The notes under the pieces are model-generated. The model was not told where the DNA came from and did no database searches. It worked only from the letters and a program-made list of their open reading frames with translations. Of a stretch of DNA of 64,000 nt, positions 49,205 through 62,171 are shown one piece after another. The number at the start of each line of letters is the position of its first letter. Within the stretch, counting starts at the first letter, position 1. Location: contig NC_043010.1 in the NCBI RefSeq assembly GCF_006345805.1, forward strand, positions 47,058,001 through 47,122,000, read 5' to 3'. The DNA comes from Octopus sinensis. Its lineage: Eukaryota. The position numbers and the translations under genes are program-made.

Positions 49205-50225
49205 TATTATTATTTTTTTGTTTTTGTTGAAAAACTGAAATTTTACCAACAAATTTTTTTTAGAATCGTAATCTTCGTATTTTTCTACATATCCCTAAAA
49301 AAAAACAAAGATTCCTGGAAAAAGTGAAAAATGAAGGAGGAATTAAATTAAATAAAATTTTTTTTCAGAATCAGATCCTTCAAAACCAAAAACGTGGGAT
49401 TCCTTAAAAAAAAATAAATACACATATCCACTTTACCGGAAGTTATGACGGAAAAATCGGATCTTGTGAATTTTCCAAAAGTCCTCTCCCCACCCCAAGG
49501 GTTGTCAGCGCGCATTTTTTTCTTCATATACGTTTTCTACATACTTGTCAACACCTGTCAGGCTGGTTTATCATTATTTTTTTTTTTTGTTCCCGGGTGA
49601 AAATGTTTATATTAACTCGTGTTATCTCTATTCAGGCCCTCCTGGTTTATATCACCCATGTTATGACCAACTTCCTAGACACTAAAATACCCCTTGGAAC
49701 CCCTTCTTGCAGGTGTCAGCTCGTAACAGTTCAAGTTAAACGTTAACGGAATCAATCTCAACGACCACAGAAAACCTGTGAGATCCATGGGCACTGTCTC
49801 TTCCTTAAAATACACACACAAACAAACAATAGCTATTTCTTTACTACCCACAAGGGGCTAAACACAGAGGGGACAAACAAGGACAGACAAACCGATTAAG
49901 TCGATTACATCGACCCCAGTGCGTAACTGGTACTTAATTTATCAAACAAACAATAGCACAAAATAATTAGACACATCCTTTAGTTTATAGTACTGAATTC
50001 GATTCTTATCACGCGTATAGGGTGAAGAGGTAGAGCTCTATCAGGTTGACACATAGCAGATAAACAGTACGAGGCCAATGATCAAAACATGATGAAAGTA
50101 TCCGGAAGAAAATTTTAAAAAAAAGAGTTAATGTTGACGAATAATTCATAAATCTTGACAGACGAAAATTTAGAAAAAGAGAATATAGGAAGAAAACGTG
50201 TACAAAATTATCGAAGTAAACATAC

Positions 50226-50488
50226 CGCTTCATCTCTGCAACGACAACATCGAGACATTGTGGGGTCCGACCTTTTCTGGTAAAATACGTGGGCAAGGTA
50301 CTCGGAAGTACAATAACCAACTCGTTTTTTTCACAGTAACGTTCGATGGCTACCTGCCAGAAATTCATTTTTTGGTCCCACGAAAGAGGATTCACTGATT
50401 TATCACGAAAAACCGAAAACATAACACTCATTTTTTGGTCATCCGACCACATATTATCAAACTCTGCATCATCCATTCCCTTGCACAT
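50226..50488 (-). CDS. CHMP7: CHMP7 coding exon 1: MCKGMDDAEFDNMWSDDQKMSVMFSVFRDKSVNPLSWDQKMNFWQVAIERY...FTRKGRTPQCLDVVVAEMK(R)
   Basis: Matches the CHMP7 N-terminal winged-helix (W..D..RMSFLFSAF...VN...WDSKM.FW...F.RKG..P..L..V). Donor CG|GTATGT at 50226/50225. The start could be the second Met (MDDAEF). Confidence 0.95.
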
Positions 50489-50559
50489 AACGATAGTGTC
50501 TCAGAACGAAGGCATAAAGAAAAAAAAAAAAAAGGAGGGATAAATTAGGGTATTTATAA

Positions 50560-50720
50560 TGAATTTAGTAAACAACAATAAAGCTATCCATCGTTTCCTA
50601 TTGAAAGATCTTAAATCGATCGAGTTTATATACGTTACGATGATTGTGACAATATTTATAATGGCCGCTGCTGTTATAGCGTGTGCGTTAGTTTATTCGT
50701 TTTCTATTCCGCTATTCTGT
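50560..50720 (-). promoter_or_regulatory. Probable CHMP7 proximal promoter/5'UTR region
   Basis: Local CpG enrichment just upstream of the ATG, with a YY1-like AATGGCCGC at 50660-50668. TSS not determinable. Confidence 0.3.
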
Positions 50721-53700
50721 TCAACCGGAAACATTAACTACTAACTTGATATGTAACAATTATCAAATGTAACAGAATTTTTCAAAGCGGAATGGAAAGA
50801 AGAAGCACTGACTGATAGATAGACTTTCTCTCTCAGTGCTTGCCTTTTTCATTCCTTCCTCAATCTGATGTCACTTAACGGGCAAAGTATTCATTATAAT
50901 AATGTAAAAGTTAAAATTGCCACTAAACTGGAAACGTGTGGTTGAATTGTATTTATTCGTCTTTTAAGTCAGAATTTTTTCAGACCTTTCAACTTGTCAA
51001 TACAATTATAAAAGTAAATAAAATTATCTAGAACGACCAAATGACGCATGACAGACTTTTTTTCGGTTTTATTTATACTTCTTTTTACATGCTTTATTAT
51101 TTTTGCTTAAAAAAAGGTGGGGTATCTCATTGATAATAACACAATTAGCATAACAGTTTGTATTCACAAATATTCATTCTGAACAATTAAATGCCTTCTA
51201 ATCACTCCATGTATAAGGCCTTATGTTTTATTTTTATTTTTATTTTATTGTTGAGAATGAATTCAAGAGACAAGGACCTTATAGTTAAGAAGAAAAAGAT
51301 GTTTCTTCTAATCTGTTTGAGTCATCGGTTGTCATTTAAAGTGACATACAGTAGTTTTTGTGTTAATGAACGTTGAACGATATGATTAATTAATTAAGCA
51401 AAGCGAAAATGATTGATGTAAATAAAGTAATGTAACAACCTTGTGTCAGAAGATGCATGTAAAACTGTATATACCCAAAAGAGAAATTATACACAATGAC
51501 AATTGTGAAGATGGAAAAGAAGAGAAAAAAGATTAATTCTGAAGAACACAGGGAAGAAGTAAAGAAAGAAAGAAAGAACCGAATTACTAAAGAAAAATAA
51601 TGGTTGTAGACAATTTGGCAAGAAGAGGAACTGTGGAAAAAGAGAAACTGAGATAAAAGGAAGGAAAAGAAATAAAATTTGACAATTAGTATATGCTAAT
51701 TTTCATTTCATTTAATCTTTCTCTCTTTCTCCAATTGCTATTCTGAGATAATGCACTGATGTAATTATATATCTAGCTACAACAACAATAAAAGGGGAAT
51801 ATCAAGAACAGGGAAGTGTTTGTGTATAAATAAACAAACAAACAAGTAAATGATTAATCAATTGTGAAACAATGACAGAATTAACTGAAACTAACCTGGA
51901 ATTATTTGGAAGTTGTTAGTAAGCTGTAAGCCAAATTAAGACGGCTGATTGTCAAGAAACGTCGTCGTCGTCGTTTTAGCAAATCTTAAATCGTCGGAGT
52001 TTCAACCAGTGTCCGTATGTGTTACTGACTGTGGAGAGTGCTCTGCGTGCGATCTAAGCTTATTCGATGTCTCCAGCACCCTCTTGCAAGAAGAAAAAGT
52101 CGATATTCAATGAATAGACTAATATCTCTCAAAACAGATTACTTTGCCTCGACACAATATTCACAGATGCATGTAACACATATACTACGACACACATATG
52201 CACACAAATATATATAATATATAATATAATATATACATAAACATCATGCATTCTGATTATCACTTACGTAATTTTATATCCATTCACAACCCTTTCATAA
52301 ATTATTTTCGATAGATCCTTAAAAAGATACAATTTTGTCATTTTATTTCAATTTTGGAATATTTACTGCAATAATAATAATTAATAATGTCTAACATAGA
52401 GAGAAGTTCCTCGGTTTATAGAAGAGAAAAGAGAAGTGCATGAATACCCTAGAATCTACCAAAATGATTATAATAGTAACAATTTTCGTAAGCATGAATG
52501 AAAGCCATTGAAGTATGTATATTGGGATAAGAAATTGGGGAGTTAGGTGTGTAATATGAATTTTTCAGGGACACGGGTATCGGAAGCTGTATCATTTGCA
52601 CATTTCCCAATGTCATTACTGAAATAATTACAACGGGAATCTGAAATAGTTTGTATTTGTTTCCATGAATAACGATTTATTTTTATACGTTTAGGCCTAC
52701 GTATCTGGAAGAAATACTGAATGAAAAATCTTCAATGTAAATTCATTCATAAATAGTATTTCCCGAAGAAATACTTTGCTACAATACATTGGTTAAAATG
52801 AGAATGCCATTAATTGTCTATTTGTATAATGTAGATCAAAGTAAATTGTGTGTGTGTGTGTGTGCGTGCGTGCTTGCAGTGTGTGAGAGTGTGTCCGAGG
52901 GTCACCCAAGGACTCCTGTTTCATTTACTTCTACCTGGGAAGCATCGCGTGGGTGTCTTTTATTAGTTATCGATCATGATTACTTTGTGTATTACTACTA
53001 TGCTTATATCAACCTCAAGCAGTGTGGTAGATAGTATGCATCGGATTTTTATAAAGATTCAGAAAAAGTGCTTCCAATCCTATAGTTAATCTCCACCTAG
53101 TTTATACCACGTGCGGACCACAAATAAGAACATCTATTGGGAATAGAAAGAGCTTTACTGAGATTCTCCGTAAGATTTCCATTTAATCTATGAAGCTACG
53201 AAGGAGTCTCTATGCAGTCGCTTAACCTACTAGAAATAGCGGCTAAATCACTCTCAAATTACACTGTCTTTTAAAATAAAGTAGGATACATTGGACAATT
53301 GTAGACTCTGATATACAAAAAGACGGATGGTCATGCTTAGAATACCTTTGATCATAACTTTGCTCAATCAGGACTGACCTTGGGCTAAATAACAACATAT
53401 TCTATGGCTGTTGTAAAGTACATTTTATAATACAAACAGATGGCCTAAGTTTTAAATAAAAAGACAAACGACTTACTGTCTAAAGCATAAAAATATATGT
53501 ATTTTCTGATTCGTTATATTTAGTAATTAGCTGTTTATCAATGTGTAAATTAGTTGTATTGACTTCACTCAGAAAATGGAGGTTGAGTCTTTCATCTCCT
53601 TCCCAGTAGTATCGACAACGTAAATGAAGTGAAACAGGATTCGAACAGAGTGATGGATTCGGTTAACAGGGAGATTACCATCCACAGTGCAATGTTCTTC

Positions 53701-55177
53701 CTATAAATCACTATATATTTTCTCTGTCATAGCAGATTTAAGTGTTTAATCCAGAGAGACAAACACCGCGATTGCAGTGGGAAACGAACCCACAATCAGA
53801 AAGCCAAAGTTCAGCACTTTATCTATTCGGTTGTTGCCCTAAGTTAAGTATCTTATCAACTAATGATTGCATCTCGGAAGCGTTAAGAAATAATGCTGAA
53901 TACGAGTTGTTTTTTGTTTTTTCTAATCACGAAGAAACAACGACCACCGAATGTAAAAATGGAGCTAAAAAAAATTAGATAAAGGAGCTTAGATGTATCT
54001 TTGGAATATAACATTCCCAGTATACAATAATATATATATATGGTAAGTAAAGAAAACAGACTAAATGTCAGAAGTTCTGCACAACGATTTTGATCGGCTC
54101 TGATCAAGTGACTCTATGATCTAAGACATCCTCACCGCGACCATCGTGTCACTATTTTTTTAGACAGTGTATCTGACATGACATTATCCAATGTGTCCTT
54201 TCTTTCTATTATTAGTCTGTAATGTGTGAATTGAAGGAGATCGAAAGACGAGGTAGAAGATTGCAAATTAGTTTATTAGAAGAGTAAGAGTTTGTTCAAA
54301 AACGAAAACCTGAGTTGAGATGCTTTGTGGAAGCTACTTTTTGTTAATTCTGAGTTCGAATCCCATCAAAACCGCCACTGTCGATCACCATTTCTAGAAT
54401 GGGGGTGTCAATAAAATTAATGAGCAATAATGAATTTTATCAGATTAGGTATACATCAGCCTGTTTACAAAAGAGATTACCTTGCAACATTTTTTGTCTG
54501 TTCACAAACTTTCGAAATTTAAAGGGCTCTTGCTTAGCTTTAGTTTTTTTTTTAGAGAGAAGTCTTTCTCTGAATGAGTCTATTTCCTGATTATTATAGA
54601 TTTATTAGGCGAACTGAGCAATGCAAAATAAATTGTTCAAAGGATATAACGAAAAAAAAAAAGAAGAGAAAAAGTAAAAAGAGAGCTGATCACTGTTAAA
54701 TTTCCAAATTTCCATAGAAAATCTTGATGATAATTAATATTTACTTTTATCGTTTAAGTCTTAGATATGTGCGTTTTCCATCTGTGCAAGACAGTCAAAG
54801 ATAACAGAAATATAATTTGGAGAAATTATTAAAAAACGAACAAATAGTAGAGAACTTACTGAAAGCTATTTAATGTCTGAAAATTTGACATTCACCGTGC
54901 ACTTCACCAAACAATAGCTACAGCAAAAAGTTTGAATCAGATGTGAATGGCAACGTCTTAGTATTTATGTTTTATTTAAAAAAGCATGCACATTAATAAA
55001 TAGATTAGACGGAGATGACTAGCGTTTTAGCTTTAAACGGGAAATAATTGACGCATAATGAGTGATCAGAGGTGCTATCCAATGACATCTATAGATCAGA
55101 TTGATTGTTTTTTGTCACAATAAAAGAGCTGACCCAAATTTGATTATAAACACTTTCACCGGCAAATAGAACACCTG

Positions 55178-55730
55178 TATAATTAAACATTGGAATTTGT
55201 GGGGAGTAGAAAGTCAATTACATCGACCCAGTACTTAACTGGTACTTAATTTATCGACCTCGAAAGGATAAAAGGCAAAGTCGACCTCGGCGGAATTTGA
55301 ACTCAGAACTTAACATCAGACGAAATACCTATTTCTTTACTACCCACAAGGGGCTAAACACAGAGAGGACAAACAAGGACAGGTAAACGGATTAAGTCGA
55401 TTATATCGACCCAGTGCGTAACTGGTACTTATTTAATCGACCCCGAAAAGATGAAAGGCAAAGTCGACCTCGGTAGAATTTGAACGTAACGGCAGACAAA
55501 ATACCGCTAAACATTTCGCCCGGCGTGCTAACGATTATAGTTCTTTCTACAATAAGCACAAAGCATAGAATTTGGGTAGGGGTGCTAGTCAACATATCTT
55601 ATCGACCCCGAAAAGATAAAATGCAGAGTCAATCTGGGCAGAATTTAAACTCAGAACGTAAGGACGGACGAAATGCTGCTAAGCATTTTGTCCGCCATTC
55701 AAACAACTCTGCCAGTTCGCCGCCTTCTTA
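55178..55730 (-). mobile_element. Cluster of three nested/tandem SINE family A copies
   Basis: Three consecutive minus-strand copies. The first is cut at cagacgaaatacc and joined directly to the tail of the next. Confidence 0.8.
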
Positions 55731-55830
55731 GTACTTGGCATCAAATACAATAATTCTTGGAAAGTGCAAAAGTCTCGCTTCAGAAATGTTTTTTTCTCTT
55801 CTTTTTAGCGTGTGTCTCTTCTCCGCTTTT

Positions 55831-56073
55831 GGATCTTTTCACTTTGACCGGCAGATTTAAAAAATAATTTCTTTGTAACTAAACACTTTTAAACTTCGTA
55901 TACTGGTAGAATGTGATACATAAAATAAATAGCTTACAAACTACAGAATTTTCTCAAGAAAGCCAAGTGAGAAAGATGTTTTATGTATCACATTCTACCA
56001 GTATACGAAGTTTAAAAGTGTTTAGTTACAAAGAAATTATTTTTAAAACCTGCCGGTCAAAGTGAAAAGATCC
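55831..56073. mobile_element. Foldback MITE with about 98-bp TIRs (GGATCTTTTCACTTTGACCGGCAG...)
   Basis: Arms at about 55831-55928 and 55978-56073 are near-perfect reverse complements. Related pieces near 4450-4505, 58498-58660 and 59033-59428. Confidence 0.85.
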
Positions 56074-56375
56074 CAGCTTTTTCTTTTCAAGTTATTTTGG
56101 AATAATTTAAATATGTTTGAAAACCATTTTAGCTGTAATCCTTTTATTGGTTGCTAAAGTCATTTTATTTATTTATTTTTTATATTTAATCAATATAATA
56201 ATGTGGCAGGCCGTGGATCAAAATTGTCTAACACTGGCATATTCGATAGAGAGAGGTTCGGTGAAGTGTATCTTATACTGGAACCAGTATTCACCGTACA
56301 TACTTCGGAACTAACATTCAATGATGCATGCAAATCAGTTACCGAAAATTAACACATTGAGAAGACAGATGAAAT

Positions 56376-56523
56376 CACTAGCGTAGCTAGAGTGTGTGCC
56401 GCCCAGAGGTGGCCTTCCTTCTGCTGCCCCCGGACCACACAAAAAACACATATTACCTACAGCAGACCCAATAGTGCCGCCCGGGGCGGACCACCCCTAC
56501 CTCCACTCTAAGCTACGCTAGTG
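56376..56523. mobile_element. Short GC-rich MITE-like element with CACTAGCGTAGCT...AGCTACGCTAGTG TIRs
   Basis: About 19-bp inverted ends. No clear target-site duplication. Confidence 0.6.
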
Positions 56524-56649
56524 GGTGGAATTGTCAACTTTTTTTTCATTCAAACTATTTTTGTTGTTATATACAAACCATTTCTAAAATCTATAAAGAG
56601 ATTTTAATAAATTGCATGACGATATCAAACGTTCAGTCAGTAGACGGTA

Positions 56650-57330
56650 GTTTGCATTCAGTAATTTTGATTAAGATCTTGGGGACTGGTTCAGATAGAG
56701 CAAGTTCAATTAGTTGGACATGGCATTTTCGTTAGAACCTATTACTTCATTACGAATGGCACAAAATCTTTTACGATTTGTGACAAACTGGCTTCTTTTG
56801 ACAGTTTTGTTTCTTTCATCTGCAAGGATACATTTTTCAGTATTAGTTGAAAATACATTTCAAGTCTGAGGGCAGTATTTCCTCCTAGGTCTTAGCATTG
56901 ATTTATCTTAAAGGCCTGAATTATTTGGCGCAAAGTATACTGCTGCAATGCCGCGTAGTACAGAAAATGGTTCAACAGAAATAAAACGCCCGTCTATACC
57001 TAGAATAATTTTTCCGTAATCTTTAGATGAGTGTATGTCATTCGGTTGTCAATATATAACTAATATGTTCTGTGAAATAAGAACAGCATCCACAAGATTC
57101 AAAGCAAATCCTGCCCATCTCCCTTTAAACTTCCGAAGAAAGTTGCTCTAAAGCAGGTTTGACCACTATTTTACATTCGAAGCATCATTTGTTTCCCGAA
57201 CGGGTTTTGTACGTCCATTCAATTCTTGTGTGTTGTGCGTACAGACACACATAGCATTGCTTACTTCAATGAAATTTTTGAACCTGTTTTGATTTCTTGC
57301 CTAGATTTTTAATGTTTGGCATTAAATTAG
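56650..57330 (-). mobile_element. Heavily decayed piggyBac-like transposase
   Basis: One frame with scattered stops reads NRFKNFI...KPVR...RKFKGR..GFALNLVDA...IY...KDYGKIILGIDGRFISVEPFSVLRGIAAV...KTVKRSQF. The motif order resembles piggyBac (RNRF; FKGR; DNFFTSVxLF; GIxAxGT). Recognised by eye only. Confidence 0.5.
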
Positions 57331-59032
57331 TGACTCATAGAAGTAGATAATTCTTCGAATTTGAATCAGTCAATCATGACTGCATTTTCTTCGTTTTATT
57401 AGTTTCATAGATGAAAATATTTGCTTCGATATGGCTACTGCAACCGAAGTTCTTAGTTTTAAAAATGCTATAATGATCGACAGAAATTAATCATGTTAGC
57501 TGCAGCATTTGGAACTATGAGAAGCTCAATATATTTTCTTTACAATAATGAATTTTATTGTGTCTCGGGAGAGTCATTCTCTTTTAGTGTCTTAGAACGC
57601 AAATCCGAAAACGAACAGACTCAACGACTGTTGATTGAAAAGGTTGCAAGTCGCAATGAATGAAAATTTTAGTAAAAATAAATAAGTATATGAGTGGAAA
57701 TCGATGAATATCTTAAATAAGGTATAAAGAGAATGACTTTCCCCAGACAATAAAACATGCTCCAACACACGAATTCACAAAGAATCTTGCAAACCAAATG
57801 ATTTTTTTTTCATGTAAATAAGTTTTCCTTGTATATGACTGGATATTTTCATGAGTTTTTTTTTCCCCTGTTCAGTAAGTGAAGATAGATTTATCAATGC
57901 ATAGCATGCGGTCGTCTTTAGCGAAATCACGAAAACAACTTTCAAATGAACTTCTTATAATTCTTGCAGTTTTCTTTTAGTTGTTTCAGTCACTGGACTG
58001 TGTCTATATGAGGGTACTGCATTGAAAAAGTTTAGTCGAACAAATCGTCTCCTGTACTTATTTTTTAAGTTTGCAACTTAGTCTATCGGACTTTTTTTGC
58101 CGAACTGCTACGCTACGAGGACGTTAACACAAACCAACACCGGTCAAGTGGTGCGAGTACACACACACAGAAGTGACTTTTCTGATTTTTCCACTTTAAT
58201 AATTAAATGTTTATAATCGTCTAATTATTAAGGTGGAAAAATTATCAGAAAAGCCATTTCAATTAATTTTTTCAAATATATAACACTGCACTAATGACTT
58301 TTTATTTTTCATTCTCTCTCTATATATATATACACACTCACACACAACGGGCTTCCAGTTTCCGTCTGCCAAATTCACTCACAAGGCATTGGTCAAATCG
58401 GGGCGATGATAGAAGACATTTGTTCAACTAAAACTGAACCCAAAACCACATGCTTGCAAAGTGAGCCATGCCTACGAACAATTTTTTCCAGTATATCTAG
58501 AATGTTTTTTTTTACCTCAATGGACGTCATTGATTGGTTGAAATGGCAGAAAAAAAACAAACAAACAAATATCTTACAAACTATAGAATTTTATCAATAA
58601 AGCCAAGAGAAAAAGATGTCTTATAAACACATTCTACCAGTATACGAAGTTTAAAATTTTCACAGCACAGTTGATCTACTCTTTTAAGTGCAGAAACTGG
58701 TTCAAATCGTCATTTTCTAGCTGAGAAACGAACAGTTTTAATTTAATAACATTTCACAATGTTCTCTTGTATTCTTTAATGTTTGTTGCTCTAATTGTAT
58801 TCATACGCTTCACTATAGTTTCTTTCTTTATTTTTCTTATCACATCACAACTCTTTGTGCATAGTGCAGTAATATTTTTGTAAAACATTTTCAAAAAAGA
58901 ATTAGTCCCGGTGGCTTTACTAATCACCAACTCTTCGTTAGTAAAAAATACTGTTGAGTTTACTGTAGATTTCGCAAGAGAGATGGAGTTAGTCAATTTG
59001 ATCCTTGTCCTTTGTTCTTGAAAAAACATTAA

Positions 59033-59428
59033 GGATCTTTTCGGTTTGAACGGCAGTTTTTCTAGCAGTGTCATACGAAATTGTCACCCATAATTATGAC
59101 CCTAGTATCGATCTATTGCATTTCAATCTGTTTTAGGGTTACGGGGGAAGGGTATCTTTTTTTTCTTCACAAATGTAAATAAACCCAATCTGTTTCTTAA
59201 ACGAGGGACATATTCATACGGCACAGAATGTTTTTTTTACCTCAATAGACGTCATTGATTGGTTGAAATTGCAGAAAAAGAAAAATATCTTACAAACTAT
59301 AGAATTTTCTCAATAAAGCTAAGAGAAAAAGATGTTTTATAAACACATTCTACCAGTATACGAAGTTTAAAATTTTTTTAGTTACCTAGAAATTATGTTA
59401 AAAACTGCTGTTCAAACCGAAAAGAATC
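59033..59428. mobile_element. MITE of the same family as 55831-56073 (TIR GGATCTTTTCGGTTTGAACGGCAG), preceded by TTAA
   Basis: ttaa-GGATCTTTTCGGTTTGAACGGCAGTTTT ... AAAACTGCTGTTCAAACCGAAAAGAATC. An internal about 165-bp segment is duplicated at 58498-58660. Confidence 0.7.
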
Positions 59429-61471
59429 AAACATTAATTTCACGTTTAAGAATACTTCATCATCTAGTCGAGCTTTCTCGGACATTTTAAACTCTCACGC
59501 ACCATCCGTCTCCTGCATTAGTTGAAGGAGGTATCCAATGTCTCTGGTGGGTTGATCAACACACGTAGATTATGGTATGCTGATGAAAACTCTCATTCAT
59601 CTGGCTTATAATTGCGGATAGCGGACTGGCCTGTAGCATCAGCGAATACTCAATAAGGAGTCCCAGACAAAATCACTGGTTGCCCTTAAGACATAACGCC
59701 CGTTAGCCACCTTACCAGGGTCACGTGAAATCCCGAAGCCCCTAAAAGAGTGGAAATGCAACTATCATTGGAAAGTAGGATAGTAGTAGGGAATAAAATG
59801 CAAAGCATAAAAAATACTTCGCAGAACAAATGACGCTTATATGAACCTTGGTCTGGAAACCTGTCAGTTTGACTGGCTTTGCAATCACCTATATGAGCTG
59901 CGATTATAGATGAGAAATTAGCAATCGAAAAACATTTCATAAAAATAGTGGGCTACGAAGGGATACTGAAAAGTTCCTGGTTCTAAGGGTGTCGTGAAAG
60001 GCCTGTTTGGAGGCCCAACCTTCCAAGTTCTTATCAGGGATTAGAAAAACTGAAGGACCACTGCATTAAATGCGTGAATCTGAGAGTTAAATAAATGTTG
60101 AATAAAATCATAATTAACAGATCCTCCTGTATTTTCTTTTACCCAAAGCCAGGAACTTTTCAGCACCCACTCGTATATATGACAAATGTTGGTAGATTTA
60201 CCTGAAGTTTAAGACAATAAAGTACAAGCATAGTAAAATGCTAAGTCCAGGATTAAGAAAAAAAAAAAAAAAAAAAATGATTATCTTTTCACACATAATA
60301 GAGCATAAAATTTAAATATTTAAAAGTTTTTTTTATACTTTATTAACTTTTGTATAATGGTTTATTGTTTAGCAAAAAAAAAAAAAAAAAAGCAATAAAA
60401 AAGGCAGGGACATCCTTTATTAAAACTTGGAAAACAAAAGATCTGTTACAAAATTTAATTTTAAAAATCACATCTTCCTGCAATCTCAAGAGTTTCAGTC
60501 TAAACAGAAAAATTCAGATTTGTGCACAATTAGGATTGTATTTATCTGAAAACTATTGCAGTTTACAGATAGTGTTCGAAAAAGAAAACAAAAATCCATT
60601 TCACAGAGTAAAGAATAATATTTCCAGGACCAATAAAACAAATCAAAACATCACATTTATTCTCTTATCATTTTATGCCATCCCCATCTTTCTTTCAAAA
60701 CTAGACCACTTACTTTGCAAAAAGTATTTAAAAAAAGAAAAAGAAAAGAAAAAACAGTTCATAAAAATTAAGCTTCATCAAAAACTTTACAAATGATGTA
60801 TGTACAATGAAAGTAATGGCAGACACAAGTGAAATAAACTACAAATAATATAAACAATATTCTGGAGATTTATTATCCTCAACAGGAGTAAGCAGCAAGA
60901 AGTAGCACAAATTTGCATATGTATGCAGAATATTTTGTATGGTTATAAATAATATTGATAAAAATGACATCTAGTTGCTAGTGAAAGAAAAATGTACAAT
61001 AATTGAAAGAAAAAAAAAACGTGGATGAAATTATTTGTTTTAAATAGTAATGTCTTTCTCAAACACCAACACATCCATGAATTCACATACAATCATTGCA
61101 GTGGTATAGTAAGTCTAAAATTAAATAGAAGCAATAAGTATTTGCTTTGTACCCTAGCCTATGAAGCAAGGCTGAAGGAAATCCTAAGATACTAGATAGA
61201 AATGCTGTGATAGAAAGGTGAAACTGTCTGCAAAATAAGTGATGTGCAATATATACATTCTAGATTTTATGTACAGATCTAAATTTGACTATATACAGCA
61301 TAATACACGATATAATCCAAGCAGGGAAAAAATATAATTTGCCAATTTCAATGATAACCAGCAAAGGTGTGCATTAGTTATTTTCTAGTGAAGTTTCCTC
61401 ACCAACTAACATTTATACTATCTTAATGCTTAAGCTAATTTTTAAGTGGCAATTGGAAAAAACAAAAAGGT

Positions 61472-61654
61472 TTACAGTCGTGTTGACATTGGCGTGTGAG
61501 CCGGCATTCGTTGTGCGCTTGCCAGCTTCGACTTTGGAGTGTGAGAAACTGATTGTGATATGGGGGTTAGTTTAGATTTGGTAGGACATGGAGACTGGGC
61601 AGGTTCTATAATGCTACTTCGATAGTTCATACGCTCCACCGAATTCAGCGTTTT
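61472..61654 (-). CDS. PRC1: Terminal exon of a probable PRC1/Feo/Ase1-like gene: KTLNSVERMNYRSSIIEPAQSPCPTKSKLTP...HTPMSTRL*
   Basis: ctctttgacag acceptor, 61 codons to TAA, S/T-P-rich basic tail. The exon call is solid; gene identity is tentative. Confidence 0.6.
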   Translation of the reverse strand, partial: KTLNSVERMNYRSSIIEPAQSPCPTKSKLTPISQSVSHTPKSKLASAQRMPAHTPMSTRL

Positions 61655-61764
61655 CTGTCAAAGAGAAAATAGACACAAAATGAAGAAACACAATATAAAT
61701 ATTGTATATGAGATAAATTTCAAATCAAATATTTGAAAGCAAAATGATAATCTAAAATACTTAC

Positions 61765-61908
61765 AGCAAATTCATTATAGCTTCCAGTTGATCCAAAACT
61801 AGCATCTTTCTGTACACCTCCTCTGATTGTTTTATGCAATAGCTTGTTGGTACGGTCAGCATTCTTGTCCCATGGTCGATAACGATTAGATTTTCGACGA
61901 GGTGTTGT
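61765..61908 (-). CDS. PRC1: Penultimate exon: TTPRRKSNRYRPWDKNADRTNKLLHKTIRGGVQKDASFGSTGSYNEFA
   Basis: tattttcag/GTAAGT, 144 nt, phase 0-0. SFGSTGSYNEFA-KTL resembles the PRC1 C-terminal SINSVASTYSEFA(K/R) motif. Confidence 0.65.
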
Positions 61909-62096
61909 CTGAAAATATATTAAGATTACAATTAATTACTTATTTAGGTATGAGAATAATTCTCAAATGGCTAAAAAGTAAGTAGCTTATTGCAATGACC
62001 CTCAATATAACCAATATTAACAAGAATAATCTGGGAAGTGGAATAAAATATTGAACTGCCAAAATAAGAGGAAAGTACACTATGTTTAATACATAC

Positions 62097-62171
62097 TGAT
62101 TTTGTAGTGACATTCATGTTGGTGGTATTAATTCGGGTAGCTGACAAAGGTGTCCTCACTCCAGGAATTAT
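62097..62171 (-). CDS. PRC1: Internal exon: IIPGVRTPLSATRINTTNMNVTTKS
   Basis: ttcttattag/GTATGT, 75 nt, phase 0-0, in frame with the next two exons. Upstream exons lie beyond the window or were not found. Confidence 0.6.

Noticed and set aside
52039-52051. 13-mer TGCTCTGCGTGCG reminiscent (from memory) of U11 snRNA
   Set aside because: No U11 5' end, no Sm site and no matching stems nearby. Likely chance.
58754-59074. 106-aa minus-strand ORF
   Set aside because: It starts inside a MITE terminus, has no recognisable motif, and has no splice signals linking it to a gene.
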